From contig CM069140.1 in NCBI GenBank assembly GCA_035221665.1, positions 28,148,001 to 28,212,000 on the forward strand: a stretch of 64,000 nt of DNA, read 5' to 3'. Under the pieces are notes generated by a model, which saw nothing but the letters and a program-made list of their open reading frames with translations, was not told where the DNA came from and did no database searches. Position numbers and translations under genes: made by a program. Source of the DNA: Okamejei kenojei (Eukaryota). Shown here one piece after another: positions 1-10,905 of the stretch; positions within the stretch are counted from its first letter, which is position 1, and the number at the start of each line of letters is the position of its first letter.

Positions 1-551
1 CCAGTTTATTTACACAGATTTCAAATTCAAGCTTTTGTGATAATTTCCTAGATTCAGCATGCATCTGCACGCAAAATCTTATTGGGTGACATTGCATTTT
101 CTTTGCAGATGAAAAGGTGTGACATGGAACAGTAATGATAAGTCCTTTGTAATCTGAATCAGCTATAAATATTATAATGTTTCCCTTATTCATTATTCTC
201 TTATTTCATTATTCTAGCTTTTTTTCTGTACCTACCGAGGTGTGACAATAAACTACACGTGACAATAAACGTAACTGAACTGTTCTCATCTTCCAGTGGG
301 AAACAATGAATATTTCAAAATGGCATAGCTGGGAGAAGCAGTTTTATTATTCATCAGAGTAAAGTATTATTTAGGTTAGTGACTAAGTTATATGCCTCAG
401 GCATTTGTTGTGACTCTAAGCTTTGTGGTCTAACCATAATTACATGAAGAAAATGCTAATTTTCCCATTGGAAGTTTTGCAACTACATTTACTGTTTACT
501 TTAGATTCTCATACAAGTGGAAGTATTTTTGGCCATATCCAACCCATTTGG

Positions 552-876
552 GTGGGGGTTCACGGTGGTGCAGCGGTAGAGTTGCTGCCTTACAGCGGAT
601 GCAGACCCGGAGACCCGGGTTCGATACCGACTACGGGTACTGTCTGTACGGAGTTTGTACTTTCTCCCCGTGACCTGCGTGGATTTTCTCTGAGATCTTT
701 GGTCTCCTCCCACACTCCAAAGACGTACAGGTTTGTAGGTTAATTGGCTTGGTAAATGTAAAAATTGTCAGTAGTGGGTGTAGGACAGTGTTAATGTGCG
801 GGGATTGCTGGTCGGTGTGGACCCAGTGGGCCGAAGATCCTGATTCCTCACTGTATCACTAAACTAAATTAAACTA
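552..876 (+). mobile_element. tRNA-derived V-SINE (HE1-like), full length
   Basis: A box TGGTGCAGCGG (566-576), B box GGTTCGATACC (618-628), V-domain-like core, CR1-type 3' tail ending in (TAAAC)n, 11-bp TSD AACCCATTTGG at 541-551 and 877-887. Confidence 0.85.
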
Positions 877-1280
877 AACCCATTTGGTATTTTGTAGACT
901 TCAAGCAGATCACCTCCAATTTTCTTCTCTAAAGTGAAAAGCTTCAAACTATCAACTCTTTCCAGATAACTGTAATCGTCTGGAACAAGCATATAAAATG
1001 TACACTATTCCAGTATTTTAATGTCCCTTTTAAGGCCATGGAAACAAAAGTGCTCCAAGTGCAATGATTCAGAACATTGTTAGCTGCTGATCATGGTTTG
1101 TTCACTTCCATCCCTAGATTTAAATAACGTAAAATGATATCTATTGATGCTGTAGTGTTGTGCTATTCGATTACCCCATCTACGACTTTTCTATTTCCTA
1201 TTTTTATGCTGAAACTTCTTAAAAGGGAAGGCAATTAACTGGTCCAGCCAATACATGAAAATATAATTTATATCCTCTAA

Positions 1281-1375
1281 GATAGGCACAAAATGCTGGT
1301 GTAACTCAGCGGGACAGGCAGTATCTCTGTGGAGAAGAAATGGGTGATGTTTCGGGTCAAGACCCATCTGCAGAC
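1281..1375 (-). mobile_element. Penelope-derived short repeat with degenerate hammerhead motif
   Basis: Similar to 58461-58557, which is attached to a GIY-YIG ORF. Confidence 0.75.
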
Positions 1376-2286
1376 CTCCATTTAAAGCAATTAATTCCAG
1401 AAAAGTTAAATATGCACAAATAAAGTGTGTCAATGTAACTGCTAATGCAATGGAACAGAGTCATTTAGCTAACTACTGATTAGAATACTGAAGTGAAAAT
1501 ATTTATCCAATCAGACTGGGTGAATGTAAACACGCAAATTTATTTTTACAAATGAATGGGAATTTTCTTTCACAAATTGTCACACTTGTCAGGCTACTTG
1601 CAACTCCAATGGCAGTCTAGACACTCATAAAGGCCAAAGCAGCCTACTTAATTAGTGCACTATCCACCAACCTAAATATTAATTCCCTCCATTACTGGTG
1701 AAATTCGGTTGCCGTGTGTACCACCTACAAAATGAACTACAGCAAGTGTCTGATCCTGTGCCGCTATTCAAAACTTTCTTATCCTGACAAGAGTGGTAAG
1801 GTAAGCTAACAAAGGACAGTTCTCTCCCAGGCCAACATCGCCCAGCATTGGGGCTTTATTTATACTCGGTTGACTCCAATAGATGCCAGGACCTACATCA
1901 GAATGTCCAAAAAACTCCAACTGCCAGCAATATCATAAGCCTGCTAATGATCTCTTAATACAACAAATACATGAAACAACAGATAAGAATGACACAAAAT
2001 GCTGGAGTAACACAGAGTCTCAGATGATACATTCCTGGTCTGATGCAAAGGGAAAGGATATTTCAAATTGGCTGCATAGAATTTTAGAGAAAGGTGGGTG
2101 AATTGTCTGATGAAAAGGATCTTTAACCTGAAGCTTTAATTCTGTTTCTCTCTGCAGATGCTTCTCTTCCTTGACGTACTGAGTATCTACCACATTTTCT
2201 GTTTCATTGTAAATTGAGCATTTGTAATTTTTTTTGATTTTCAATAAATAACGATTGCTTTTCTTTTTTCCTATGGAAATGCCCAA

Positions 2287-2365
2287 GGAATGTAAGAGGA
2301 TGAGAGAGTGGTGGACTCAGCCTGGTCCATCACGGGTACAGCTCAGCCCACCACAACATAATAAG
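2287..2365 (+). mobile_element. Old Rex1/Babar LINE fragment, continues at ~4596-4665 after a CR1 insertion
   Basis: RVVDSAWSITGT ... ASIIEDPFRLGHTL resembles the Rex1 ORF C-terminus; CATTA occurs at both CR1 junctions. Confidence 0.55.
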
Positions 2366-2450
2366 CATTAACCATATAACCATATAACAATTACAGCACG
2401 GAAACAGGCCCACTCGGCCCTTCCAGTCCGTGCCGACCATTTGTTTTCCC

Positions 2451-4517
2451 CTAGTCCCATCTACCTGCACTCAGACCATACCCCTCCATTCCTTTCACGT
2501 CCATATACCTATCCACTTTACTTTTAAATGTTAAAATCGATCCTGCCTCCACCACTTCTGCTGGAAGCTCATTCCACACAGCCACCACCCTCTGAGTAAA
2601 GAAGTTCCCCCTCACGTTACCCCTAAACTTCTGTCCCTTAATTCTCATGTCGTGCCCTCTTGTTTGAATCTTCCCTACCCTCAATGGGAAAAACGTATCC
2701 ACGTCAACTCTGTCTATCCCTTTCACATTTTAAAGACCTCAATCAAGTCCCCCCTTAACCTTCTGCGCTCCAAAGAATAAAGACCCAACTTGTTCAACCT
2801 TTCTCTGTAACATAGTTGCTGGAACCCTGGCAACATTCTAGTAAATCTCCTCTGTACTCTCTCTATTTTGTTGACATCCTTCCTATAATTAGGCGACCAA
2901 AATTGTACACCATACTCCAGAATTGGTCTTACCAATGCCTTGTACAATTTTAACATTACTTCCGTACTCATATATTCAATGCTCTGATTTATAAAGGCCA
3001 GCACACCAAAGGCTTTCTTTACCACCCTATCTACATGCGATTCCACCTTCAGGGAACTATGCACAGTTATTCCTAGATCCCTCTGTTCCACAGCATTCCT
3101 CAATTCCCTACCATTTACCATGTACGTCCTATTTTGATTTGTCCTGCCAAGATGTACCACTTCACACTTAACAGCATTAAACTCCATCTGCCATCTTTCA
3201 GCCCACTTTTCCAAATGGCCCAAATCTCCCTGTAGACTTTGAAAATCTACTTCATTATCCACAACACCACCTATCTTAGTATCATCTGCATACTTACTTA
3301 TCCAATTTTCCACCCCATCATCCAGATCATTGATGTACATGACAAACAACAGTGGACCCAACACAGATCCCCGAGGCACCCCACTGGTCACCGGCTTCCA
3401 ACCTGACAAACAGCCATCCACCATTACTCTCTGACATCTCCCATTCAGCCACTGTTGAATCCATCTTGCTACTCCGCCATTAACACCCAAAGATTGAACC
3501 TTCTTAACCAACCTTCCATGGGGAACCTTGTCAAAGGCCTTACTGAAATCCATATAGACAACATCCACTGCTTTAACCCTCATCAATTTTTCCCTAGTTA
3601 CCGCTTCAAAAAATTCAAGAAGGTTTGTCAAACATGACCTTCCAGGCACAAATCCATGTTGACTGTTCCTGATCAGACCCTGTTTATCCAGATGCTTATA
3701 TATATTATCTCTAAGTATCCTTTCCATTAATTTGCCCACCACTGACGTCAAACTAATAGGTCTATAATTGCTAGGTTTATTCTTTGAACCCTTTTTAAAC
3801 AATGGAACAACATGCGCAGTACGCCAATCCTCCGACACTATTCCTGTTTCTAATGACATTTGAAATATTTCTGTCATAGCTCCTGCTATTTCTACACTAA
3901 CTTCCCTCAATGTCCTAGGGAATATCCTGTCAGGACCTGGAGACTTATCCACTTTTATATTTTTCAAAAGTGTCAGTACTTCCTCCTCTTTGAATCTCAT
4001 AGTTTCCATAGCTACCCTACTTTTTCCCCTTAACTCACAAAGTTCAATATCCTTTTTTTTTAAAGAAGGAACTGCAGATGCTGGAGAATCGAGGGTACAC
4101 AAAAAGCTGGAGAAACTCAGCGGGTGCAGCAGCATCTAAGGAGCGAAGGAGATAGGCGACGTTTCGGGTCGAGACCCTTCTTCAGATAAGTTCAATATCC
4201 TTCTCCTTGGTGAATACTGAAGAAAAGAAATTGTTCAATATCTCCCCCATCTCTTTTGGCTCTGCAGAGAGCTGTCCATTCTGGTTCTCTAATGGTCCAA
4301 TTTTATCCCTCGTTATCCTTTTGCTATTAATATAGTTGTAGAAACCCTTTGGGTTTGCTTTCACCTTTCTTGCCAAAGCAACCTCATATCTTCCTTTAGC
4401 CTTCCTAATTTCTTTCTTAAGATTCTTTTTACATTCTTTATACTCCTCTAGCACCTCATTTACTCCATGCCTCCTATAATTATTGTAGATATCTCTCTTT
4501 TTTCGAAACGTGTCCAA
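2451..4517 (-). pseudogene. CR1 ORF2 reverse transcriptase, disrupted
   Basis: KSPGPD, NYRPISLTS, QHGF, YMDFSKAFDKVPH, YINDL, KYADDTK motifs; split by the 4055-4187 insertion and a frameshift near 2723. Confidence 0.93.
4055..4187 (-). mobile_element. Penelope-derived hammerhead micro-insertion with A-tail
   Basis: 15-bp TSD AAGTTCAATATCCTT (4040-4054, 4188-4202); minus strand reads CTGAAGAAGGGTCTCGACCCGAAACGTC. Confidence 0.9.
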
Positions 4518-4664
4518 TTTCCCTTGAAAACCATGGCTCTTTCCAATTTTTACTATTTCCTTTCAACCTAACAGGGACATAAAGATTCTGTACTCATTAC
4601 ACGAGATGCCACATCAAAATGGTGGCATCTATCATTGAGGATCCATTCCGTCTGGGCCATACAC

Positions 4665-5000
4665 TCTGCAGATGTTCAGGAGAAGTGATGTGGTAGATAG
4701 TGAGAAACTATATCCACTGGTTTGGAGTTTTGGATTTAGGGAAACTATTGACAAATTTGATCTACATCTTTCAAGTTTGGAATCCTGCAGACAAAGGAAG
4801 CTTAATGTTTGGAATACCCCTCCCACAAAGGGAATTGATTCTAGATTTATTTTATACCTGAAACGGGATTTTTATTAACCAAAGCTATTAAGGGAAATGC
4901 AGCTTAAGCAGATACATCGAATTAGGTCACAGATCAGCCACAAGCTCATTGAATGATAAAGCACATTTGAGGGACAAAATGGCCTAATCTTGTTCTTCCA
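4665..5000 (+). mobile_element. Old CR1 3' fragment
   Basis: Degenerate VDSEKLYPLV / VWNTPP peptides and CR1-like 3' UTR. Confidence 0.55.
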
Positions 5001-5609
5001 TGTTTTCACATTTTTATATTTTAGAAACTAATGTTCAATTTTTATTTTGAAATCCTGACTAAAATGCAAGGACCAGCATTGATTATGGAAGGGTGTTTTT
5101 CCTAACTTGAACCTCGTATAATAACTCAATATCATCTCTGCAAGTCTCCGAAATTAGTAATTAAATAAAAACAGTACCACATTCCTTCTCTATTTGATTT
5201 TTTCCACAGTGGTAAACTTCACTGGGCGATCTGTGCTTCAAGGCTTCTTAATGTTTAAATATAACTCGATACAAACAGATAAAATGTTCTATTCAAATCT
5301 ATAATTACAGAAATCTGACAAAACATCCTGCATTCACTTTCCCTGAATTAAAGTACTTCACATCCAAAAGATACACATTGTTCAAATAAAGCCAGAATAC
5401 ATGCATTGCAAGTACTGAATACTCAAGTATGTTTATGCCCAAGGCCAACTTCCCAACAAAAAATAATGCATAGGAATCATATCTTCAAGGTCAGCATCTG
5501 CCAATTTACAAGGGAAAAGTCTAAATTTGCAATTAGTATTCATTTGCCACTCTTCAGAAGACATTTATTAACCCTCTTTGAAAGGTTGCACATTTATTTA
5601 AATGATTAA

Positions 5610-6158
5610 TGTATCCTGACTGATTGGATCATGGCATGGTGTAGCAACGACAATGCTCAAGAATAAAAGAGGATGCAGAGAGGTGGACCCAGCCCCGTTC
5701 ATCACTGGAACAGCACGCCCCACAATCGAAAGATCTACATGAGGTTCAGCATCAAGAAGGCCATCAAAGATCCCTACTATCTGGGCTGTGCTCTTTTCTC
5801 GAGGTTAACATTGGGCAGGAAGTACAGAAGCCTGAATTCCCACACCACCAGGTTCAGAAATACCCGTTTCCCCACATTCACCAGGTCTTGAACTAACCTG
5901 CACAATCCTAATCCTACATCGCTAACACAACAGTGGAGTACCATAGACTTGCTTCAGAATTGTGTTTGGCATGAATGGTTGTTTTTTTGCAGTCTCTCCC
6001 CCCCCCCCCCCCCAACTGTCTCTACGTGTAATTTATGTATAACGTATGCATGATTTATGTTTTTTTGTTTGTTGTCCAAGTCTCTGTGAAGCATGATAAC
6101 TGGTGTACCTGTACCTCCCTGTACTAATGCCTTTGACAATAAACTCAACTTGACTTGA
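5610..6158 (+). mobile_element. Rex1/Babar LINE 3' fragment
   Basis: IKDPYYLGCALFSRLTLGRKYRSLNSHTTRFRN; tail GACAATAAACTCAACTTGACTTGA. Confidence 0.75.
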
Positions 6159-6239
6159 AATCAATTCTAATCTCAAACATACACACAACACAAACATGAT
6201 GCAGACAGATTAACTGTGGAAAATAGATTTGCAAGCTAC

Positions 6240-6500
6240 AAAAATAAATCAACCCAAATTTTATTGGCAAAACAATGGTAAAAGCTTCATGTACATGCCA
6301 GTACATGCACCTCGCATTATACGAGGGGGGAACACGCTTGAGAAACAATGCGTAAATCAAAAAGCGCATAAATCAAACTTATGTCAGGCACCGCATGCCA
6401 TGCATAAATTTGAGTGGATTATTCCAAAAATAGTAGAGCGTAAATTAAACCAGTAATAATTAGACAATCACGTTATTCTAAAAATGAATAAATCAAGCAA
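6240..6500. promoter_or_regulatory. Candidate enhancer / conserved non-coding element
   Basis: Four minus-strand TTGATTTAY sites, two AACAATG and one TGACA in unique sequence; function not shown. Confidence 0.35.
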
Positions 6501-7361
6501 GCGACAAACTCAAGGTGCCTGCATTTTGTTTATTCATCCTCTACTAGTTCACAGGAAGAGCTAACAAATGAACTGTGAATTGCTACAGAAAGTTAGTGTC
6601 ATTATTCACCAAGGTATATGTTTCTTATTCACAAGGATAACGTTTCAGAAACATCACAGTCTCTCACCAATCAACACAGGCAAGAAAAGGAAACTATGGA
6701 AGTTATATTCCTTTAGAAAAGTGTTCAAAAGTTTAAATTCTTTCTCTTCCATTTTTTTTTCTCTCGGCAATTGTGCTGACTCTCATTGCTTTTTATCCCC
6801 TTAATTATTAGTCTCATTTCATTGCAATTGTTTAACACTCTACGATTAAGAATTAAAGGACCCAGACACTCTCTAGGCCTCATAACATTCTTAGTTTATA
6901 TTTATAGGAATTTGTAGGGCACAAATTGAGCCACAAGTTGACAGAGTCTTGATGGATGGTCTCAATATGAAATGTTGACTATCTCTTTGCCTCCACCGAA
7001 GTTGCTTAACTCATTGAATTCTTCTGATAATTTGTTTTATGCTCCAGATCCCAGCACCTGCAGTCTCTCGTTTATTTAGAAGACAGAAGAAATTCAACAC
7101 ATCATGTATGTTCAAGATATCCTCTTCTCAATGTAATTGGGCCAATACATAACGACCCAAGAGCCTATTAGAATTCACTGTGCAAAGACACAAATGTTGA
7201 AATGGTTGTCAAGAAATAAAGAAATCTTAGTCAGTCAATCAAGAAGAGGCACATGATTATCCATTCAAACAAATGGGTCAAATAATTATTGCAATAATTA
7301 GATTATTGTCACCAAGATTTGAAATAATGTTTTGTGAATGGTCTTACTTTGCAGCTATCAT

Positions 7362-7718
7362 TTAGTTTAGTTTAGTTTAGTTTATTGTCACGTGTACAGA
7401 GGTACAGTGAAAAGCTTTTTTGTTGCGTGCTATCCAGTCAGCGGAAATACTATATGTGATTACAATCAATCTGTCCACAGTGTACAGATGCAGGATAAAG
7501 AGAATAATGTTTAGTGCAAGATAAAGTCCAGCAATTAAATATAGTCTGAGGATCTCCAATGAGGTGATGGTAGGTCAGGTCTGTTCTCTTGTTGGTGATA
7601 GGATGGTTCAGCTGCTTGATAACAGCTGGGAAGAAACTGTCCCTAAATCTAGAGGTATACTTTTTCACATTGCTGTTCCTCTTGCCTGATGGGAGAGCGG
7701 GAGGAAGAGGGAGTGACG
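7362..7718 (-). mobile_element. Rex1/Babar LINE 3' end
   Basis: TSRFRDSFFPAVIKQLN; tail GTGACAATAAA(CTAAA)n. Confidence 0.8.
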
Positions 7719-7831
7719 AAGCACTTCATAAAACCAATTTGTTTTTCTGTCTGTTTTAATAACCAGGCAGAAAAACAACTTGGTTTTATGAAGTGCCTTC
7801 AAACAAAGTTAAAACAAAATCCCAAGATATA

Positions 7832-8515
7832 CAAGCCCACAGCACTAGGTTTAGGAATAACTACTTTCCTACATCAGGTTCTTGAACCAACCTGTACTCA
7901 ACCCCAATCTTACCTCAGCAACTTAACACAATGGACCATCTCTTGCACTACCACGGACCTGCTTCTAACCAAAGATCCTATTGCGAACAAGATAGTCCAC
8001 TCGACGAAAAAGACGTAGTACAGTCAAGGGCAGATTCATAGGTAATTTATGGCCCCATTTTCGTAACCGGCTTCCGTCTCCGCACCAAAGATCCCATAGG
8101 ATAATAGTGCAGAGACGGTTACGGAAACATCCTCGTAAAAATAAAAGTTATTTGGGAAAAATCTTCTCCTCATTTTCAGAATTTTAATTTATTAACACAA
8201 ACTGTTCCCCCGCAACGTTGATTACACTGCGAGTCGGGTCGGGTCCGGTTACGGAAATGGATGAAAAAAAGGCCCACGTTCCATTCCGTTGCGTACTAAA
8301 CATCAGCCCATTGCATTTAGCAGGAGTGGTCTATCTTGCTTCGCTATAGGATCTTTGCTTCTAACTGTGTTTGTATTGATGTTTTCTTTTCACTGTCGTG
8401 CGCAACTTGTGTACAGTGTGCATCGTCTGACTCTACCTGCCTGTGACATTGCTGAAAGCAGGCTTTCATTGTACCTGTACTTGTGCATATGGCAATAAAC
8501 TTGATTTATGTTGAC
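7832..8515 (+). mobile_element. Old Rex1 3' end split by a MITE
   Basis: Rex1-like C-terminal codons and GGCAATAAACTTGA tail on either side of 7970-8357. Confidence 0.55.
7970..8357. mobile_element. Non-autonomous DNA transposon (P- or hAT-like MITE)
   Basis: ~33-bp TIR CAAAGATCCTATWGCGAA(G)CAAGATAGWCCACTC; 8-bp TSD CTTCTAAC (7962-7969, 8358-8365). Confidence 0.88.
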
Positions 8516-8987
8516 TAGGCGATTGTAAGATGGGACACAATTGCAACCATTTCCTGATCACATCGTGCTGCTTGAAAATTCAGCTGCATAATACTCTAAA
8601 GCAATGCCGCTGAAATGGTCATTCACATGTAAATAACAAATGGCAGTTGGTAAGTGCAGGACTCTCTGGAGCCTGTTTGCACAGATTGAATATATATATA
8701 GAGTAGGAAGGAACTGCTGATGCTAGTTTAAACTGAAGATAGACACAAAAAGCTTTTTGTGTCCATCTTTGAGATAAATAGAGCTCTATTTAACTGCTTT
8801 AACAGTGATTCCACAGTAAGTGATTTATGTGTTTTAAATGTTACAGGTGGCAAAGGCAAATTTGTGAATCAACGCTTGTATCAAAAGATTCTGTTCCCAC
8901 AGAGTTCACAGGGACGCATGTTCCTATCTCAATGCCTCCGAAGAGCGATTCCTCAGGTTACACATTACCAATATAGTTATCACGGAG

Positions 8988-9080
8988 GGTACACAAAAAG
9001 CTGGAGAAACTCAGCGGGTGCAGCAGCATCTAAGGAGCGAAGGAGATAGGCGACGTTTCGGGTCGAGACCCTTCTTCAGA
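8988..9080 (-). mobile_element. Penelope-derived hammerhead micro-insertion
   Basis: 15-bp TSD ATAGTTATCACGGAG (8973-8987, 9081-9095); identical to 4094-4186. Confidence 0.9.
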
Positions 9081-9222
9081 ATAGTTATCACGGAGACACG
9101 TGACGCACTCAATTCATTCCTTCATGTTACCACAACTATATCAGGATTCCAATGCAGAATGCCGCTGAGCATCTCAATCTGAGATTTTTCCCTCTGCACT
9201 AGTCCGGGGTACACATCAGTAA

Positions 9223-9907
9223 AGGGCCTGTCCCACTTACGTGTCCTTGGCACGCAAATTACGCGACCTCGTGGTCGCGTTGCGCCGCAACTGTCCCACG
9301 AAGGTCGCGCATGATTTCATGCGTACACACAGCCGTCTGGAGCGCGTGACGTCATTTGAAGATGGACGCAAAATGCCGGAGTAACTCAGCGGGACCGGCA
9401 GCATCTCTGGAGAGAAGCAATGGGTGATGTTTTGGGTCAAGACCCTTCTTCAGTCTGAAAGAAGGGTCTTGACCCGAAACGTCATCCATTCCTTCTCTCC
9501 AGAGATGCTGCCGGTCCAGCTGAGTTACTCCGGCATTTTGTGTCTATCTTCAATTTTCTTGGCCCCGCTCTGGGAGTAGAAGTGGGGGTGGATCCGGACC
9601 GCAATGGCCGTGAGCCCCAGGCTGAGCTCGGTGATCATTTGCTTGCTTCTGCTGCTGTTAGAGGTGAGACGTTGCGTCGCGCCAGGGTCTTGGGCCTGTC
9701 CAACTTTGGCCGTCAGTTCCGCGACAGGCCGTTGGCGCGCAAAGATTTTGTTCGCTACAAACATTTCGGAGTCGCGCACAACTACATTACCTCTCCACGA
9801 TTCTCAGTGGGAATAGCCCCGCGTGGCCATACGATGCCAGCGCGCCTCAACACAACCACGAGGTCGCGTCATTTCCGTGCCAAGGACACGTAAGTGGGAC
9901 AGGCCCT
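9223..9907. mobile_element. PIF/Harbinger-like MITE
   Basis: ~55-bp TIR starting AGGGCCTGTCCCACTTACGTGTCCTTGGCACG; TAA TSD (9220-9222, 9908-9910). Confidence 0.88.
9356..9553. repeat. Head-to-head Penelope hammerhead palindrome (~100-bp arms)
   Basis: Near-perfect inverted repeat centred on TTCAGTCTGAA. Confidence 0.9.
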
Positions 9908-10134
9908 TAAGTGTGCAGAGGCATGCATGCTAAATAAGTCAATTTGAGTGTCCCCCAACCAAACAATGATGACTAGGAGCACAGGCAAGAAAACAGAATG
10001 CTTAGTAGCATGTTATAAAAGAGAACAAGCTGTCCATCAATGTCATCAAAATGAAGGCGCTGGTCATGGTCAGGAAGTAGGATGGACTAAATGCTTCAAT
10101 GTGCATCTATATTGTTGATGTGCAGATGATCATG

Positions 10135-10420
10135 AGGATCAAGTTATGAGGTGTAAATATCACCAGTAATTTGACTTGGTTCAAACACATCGATGCTAAG
10201 GCCAAGAAACCAGACCAATTCCTCTGATTCCTGAGAGAGCAAGGGAAATTTGGCATGTCTCCAATAACTTACCAATTTCTGCAAATGCACCATCAAAAGC
10301 ATCTAATCTGTATGCATCATAGCTGGGTACAGCAACTGCTCTCCCCACAACTACAGAATAATTGGCAGAGAATTATGGACGCAGCCATCACACAAACCAG
10401 CCTCCCATCCATCAACTCTC
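10135..10420 (+). mobile_element. Old Rex1 ORF fragment
   Basis: Degenerate GVNITSNLTWFKHID..KKPDQ and SI..CI.AG.SN segments. Confidence 0.6.
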
Positions 10421-10705
10421 TGCAATAGGAAACGTCACCAATCTTTTGAAAAACATTCCTCAAAGTTCGCGTATGTGAAATGGTAGGTTGAACTGCTGTA
10501 TAAGTTTCCATGAGGTTCCCCCTCATCCTTCGAAATGATCCCGGTGATCACGTGTGTCTTTTCACCCCTTTTGTCTCAAATTCCTCCTGCCATCCCAAAA
10601 AGGTTACTTGGCTGTGTAACATGTAGGTTGGAGGCAGGAGAATTGGGGAGATTGATGGTTGGCATAGACATGCTGGATAGAAGGGGCTGATTCCGTGATG
10701 GACAA

Positions 10706-10790
10706 CTAAAGAAAGGTCTCGACCCGAAACTTCACCCATTCCGGTCCCTGCTGCCTGTCCGCTGAGTTACTCCAGCATTTTGTGTCTATT
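10706..10790 (+). mobile_element. Penelope-derived hammerhead repeat, degenerate
   Basis: GGTCTCGACCCGAAAC...GCTGAGTTACTCCAGCATTTTGTGTCTAT. Confidence 0.75.
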
Positions 10791-10905
10791 TGCTGTATAA
10801 GCTCATCTTCCAACATCTTTAGGAGTCATGTGAAAAATTATATATGCTAAATGAATACAATGTGATTTCTTCATATAGTAGGATGGTACGTAGACGTTTG
10901 CCTTA

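Larger units (their letters stand above)
2369..4595 (-). mobile_element. CR1-clade LINE, 5'-truncated, young
   Basis: RT-coding ORFs 4182-4517, 2723-4054, 2451-2726; 3' UTR with (ATATGGTT)n tail. Confidence 0.95.

Noticed and set aside
552-640. tRNA gene
   Set aside because: It is the tRNA-derived head of a SINE, continuous with the SINE body and flanked by a TSD.
2723-4135. 470-aa ORF as an intact protein
   Set aside because: Its first ~27 residues come from the Penelope insert; the rest is a 5'-truncated CR1 RT.
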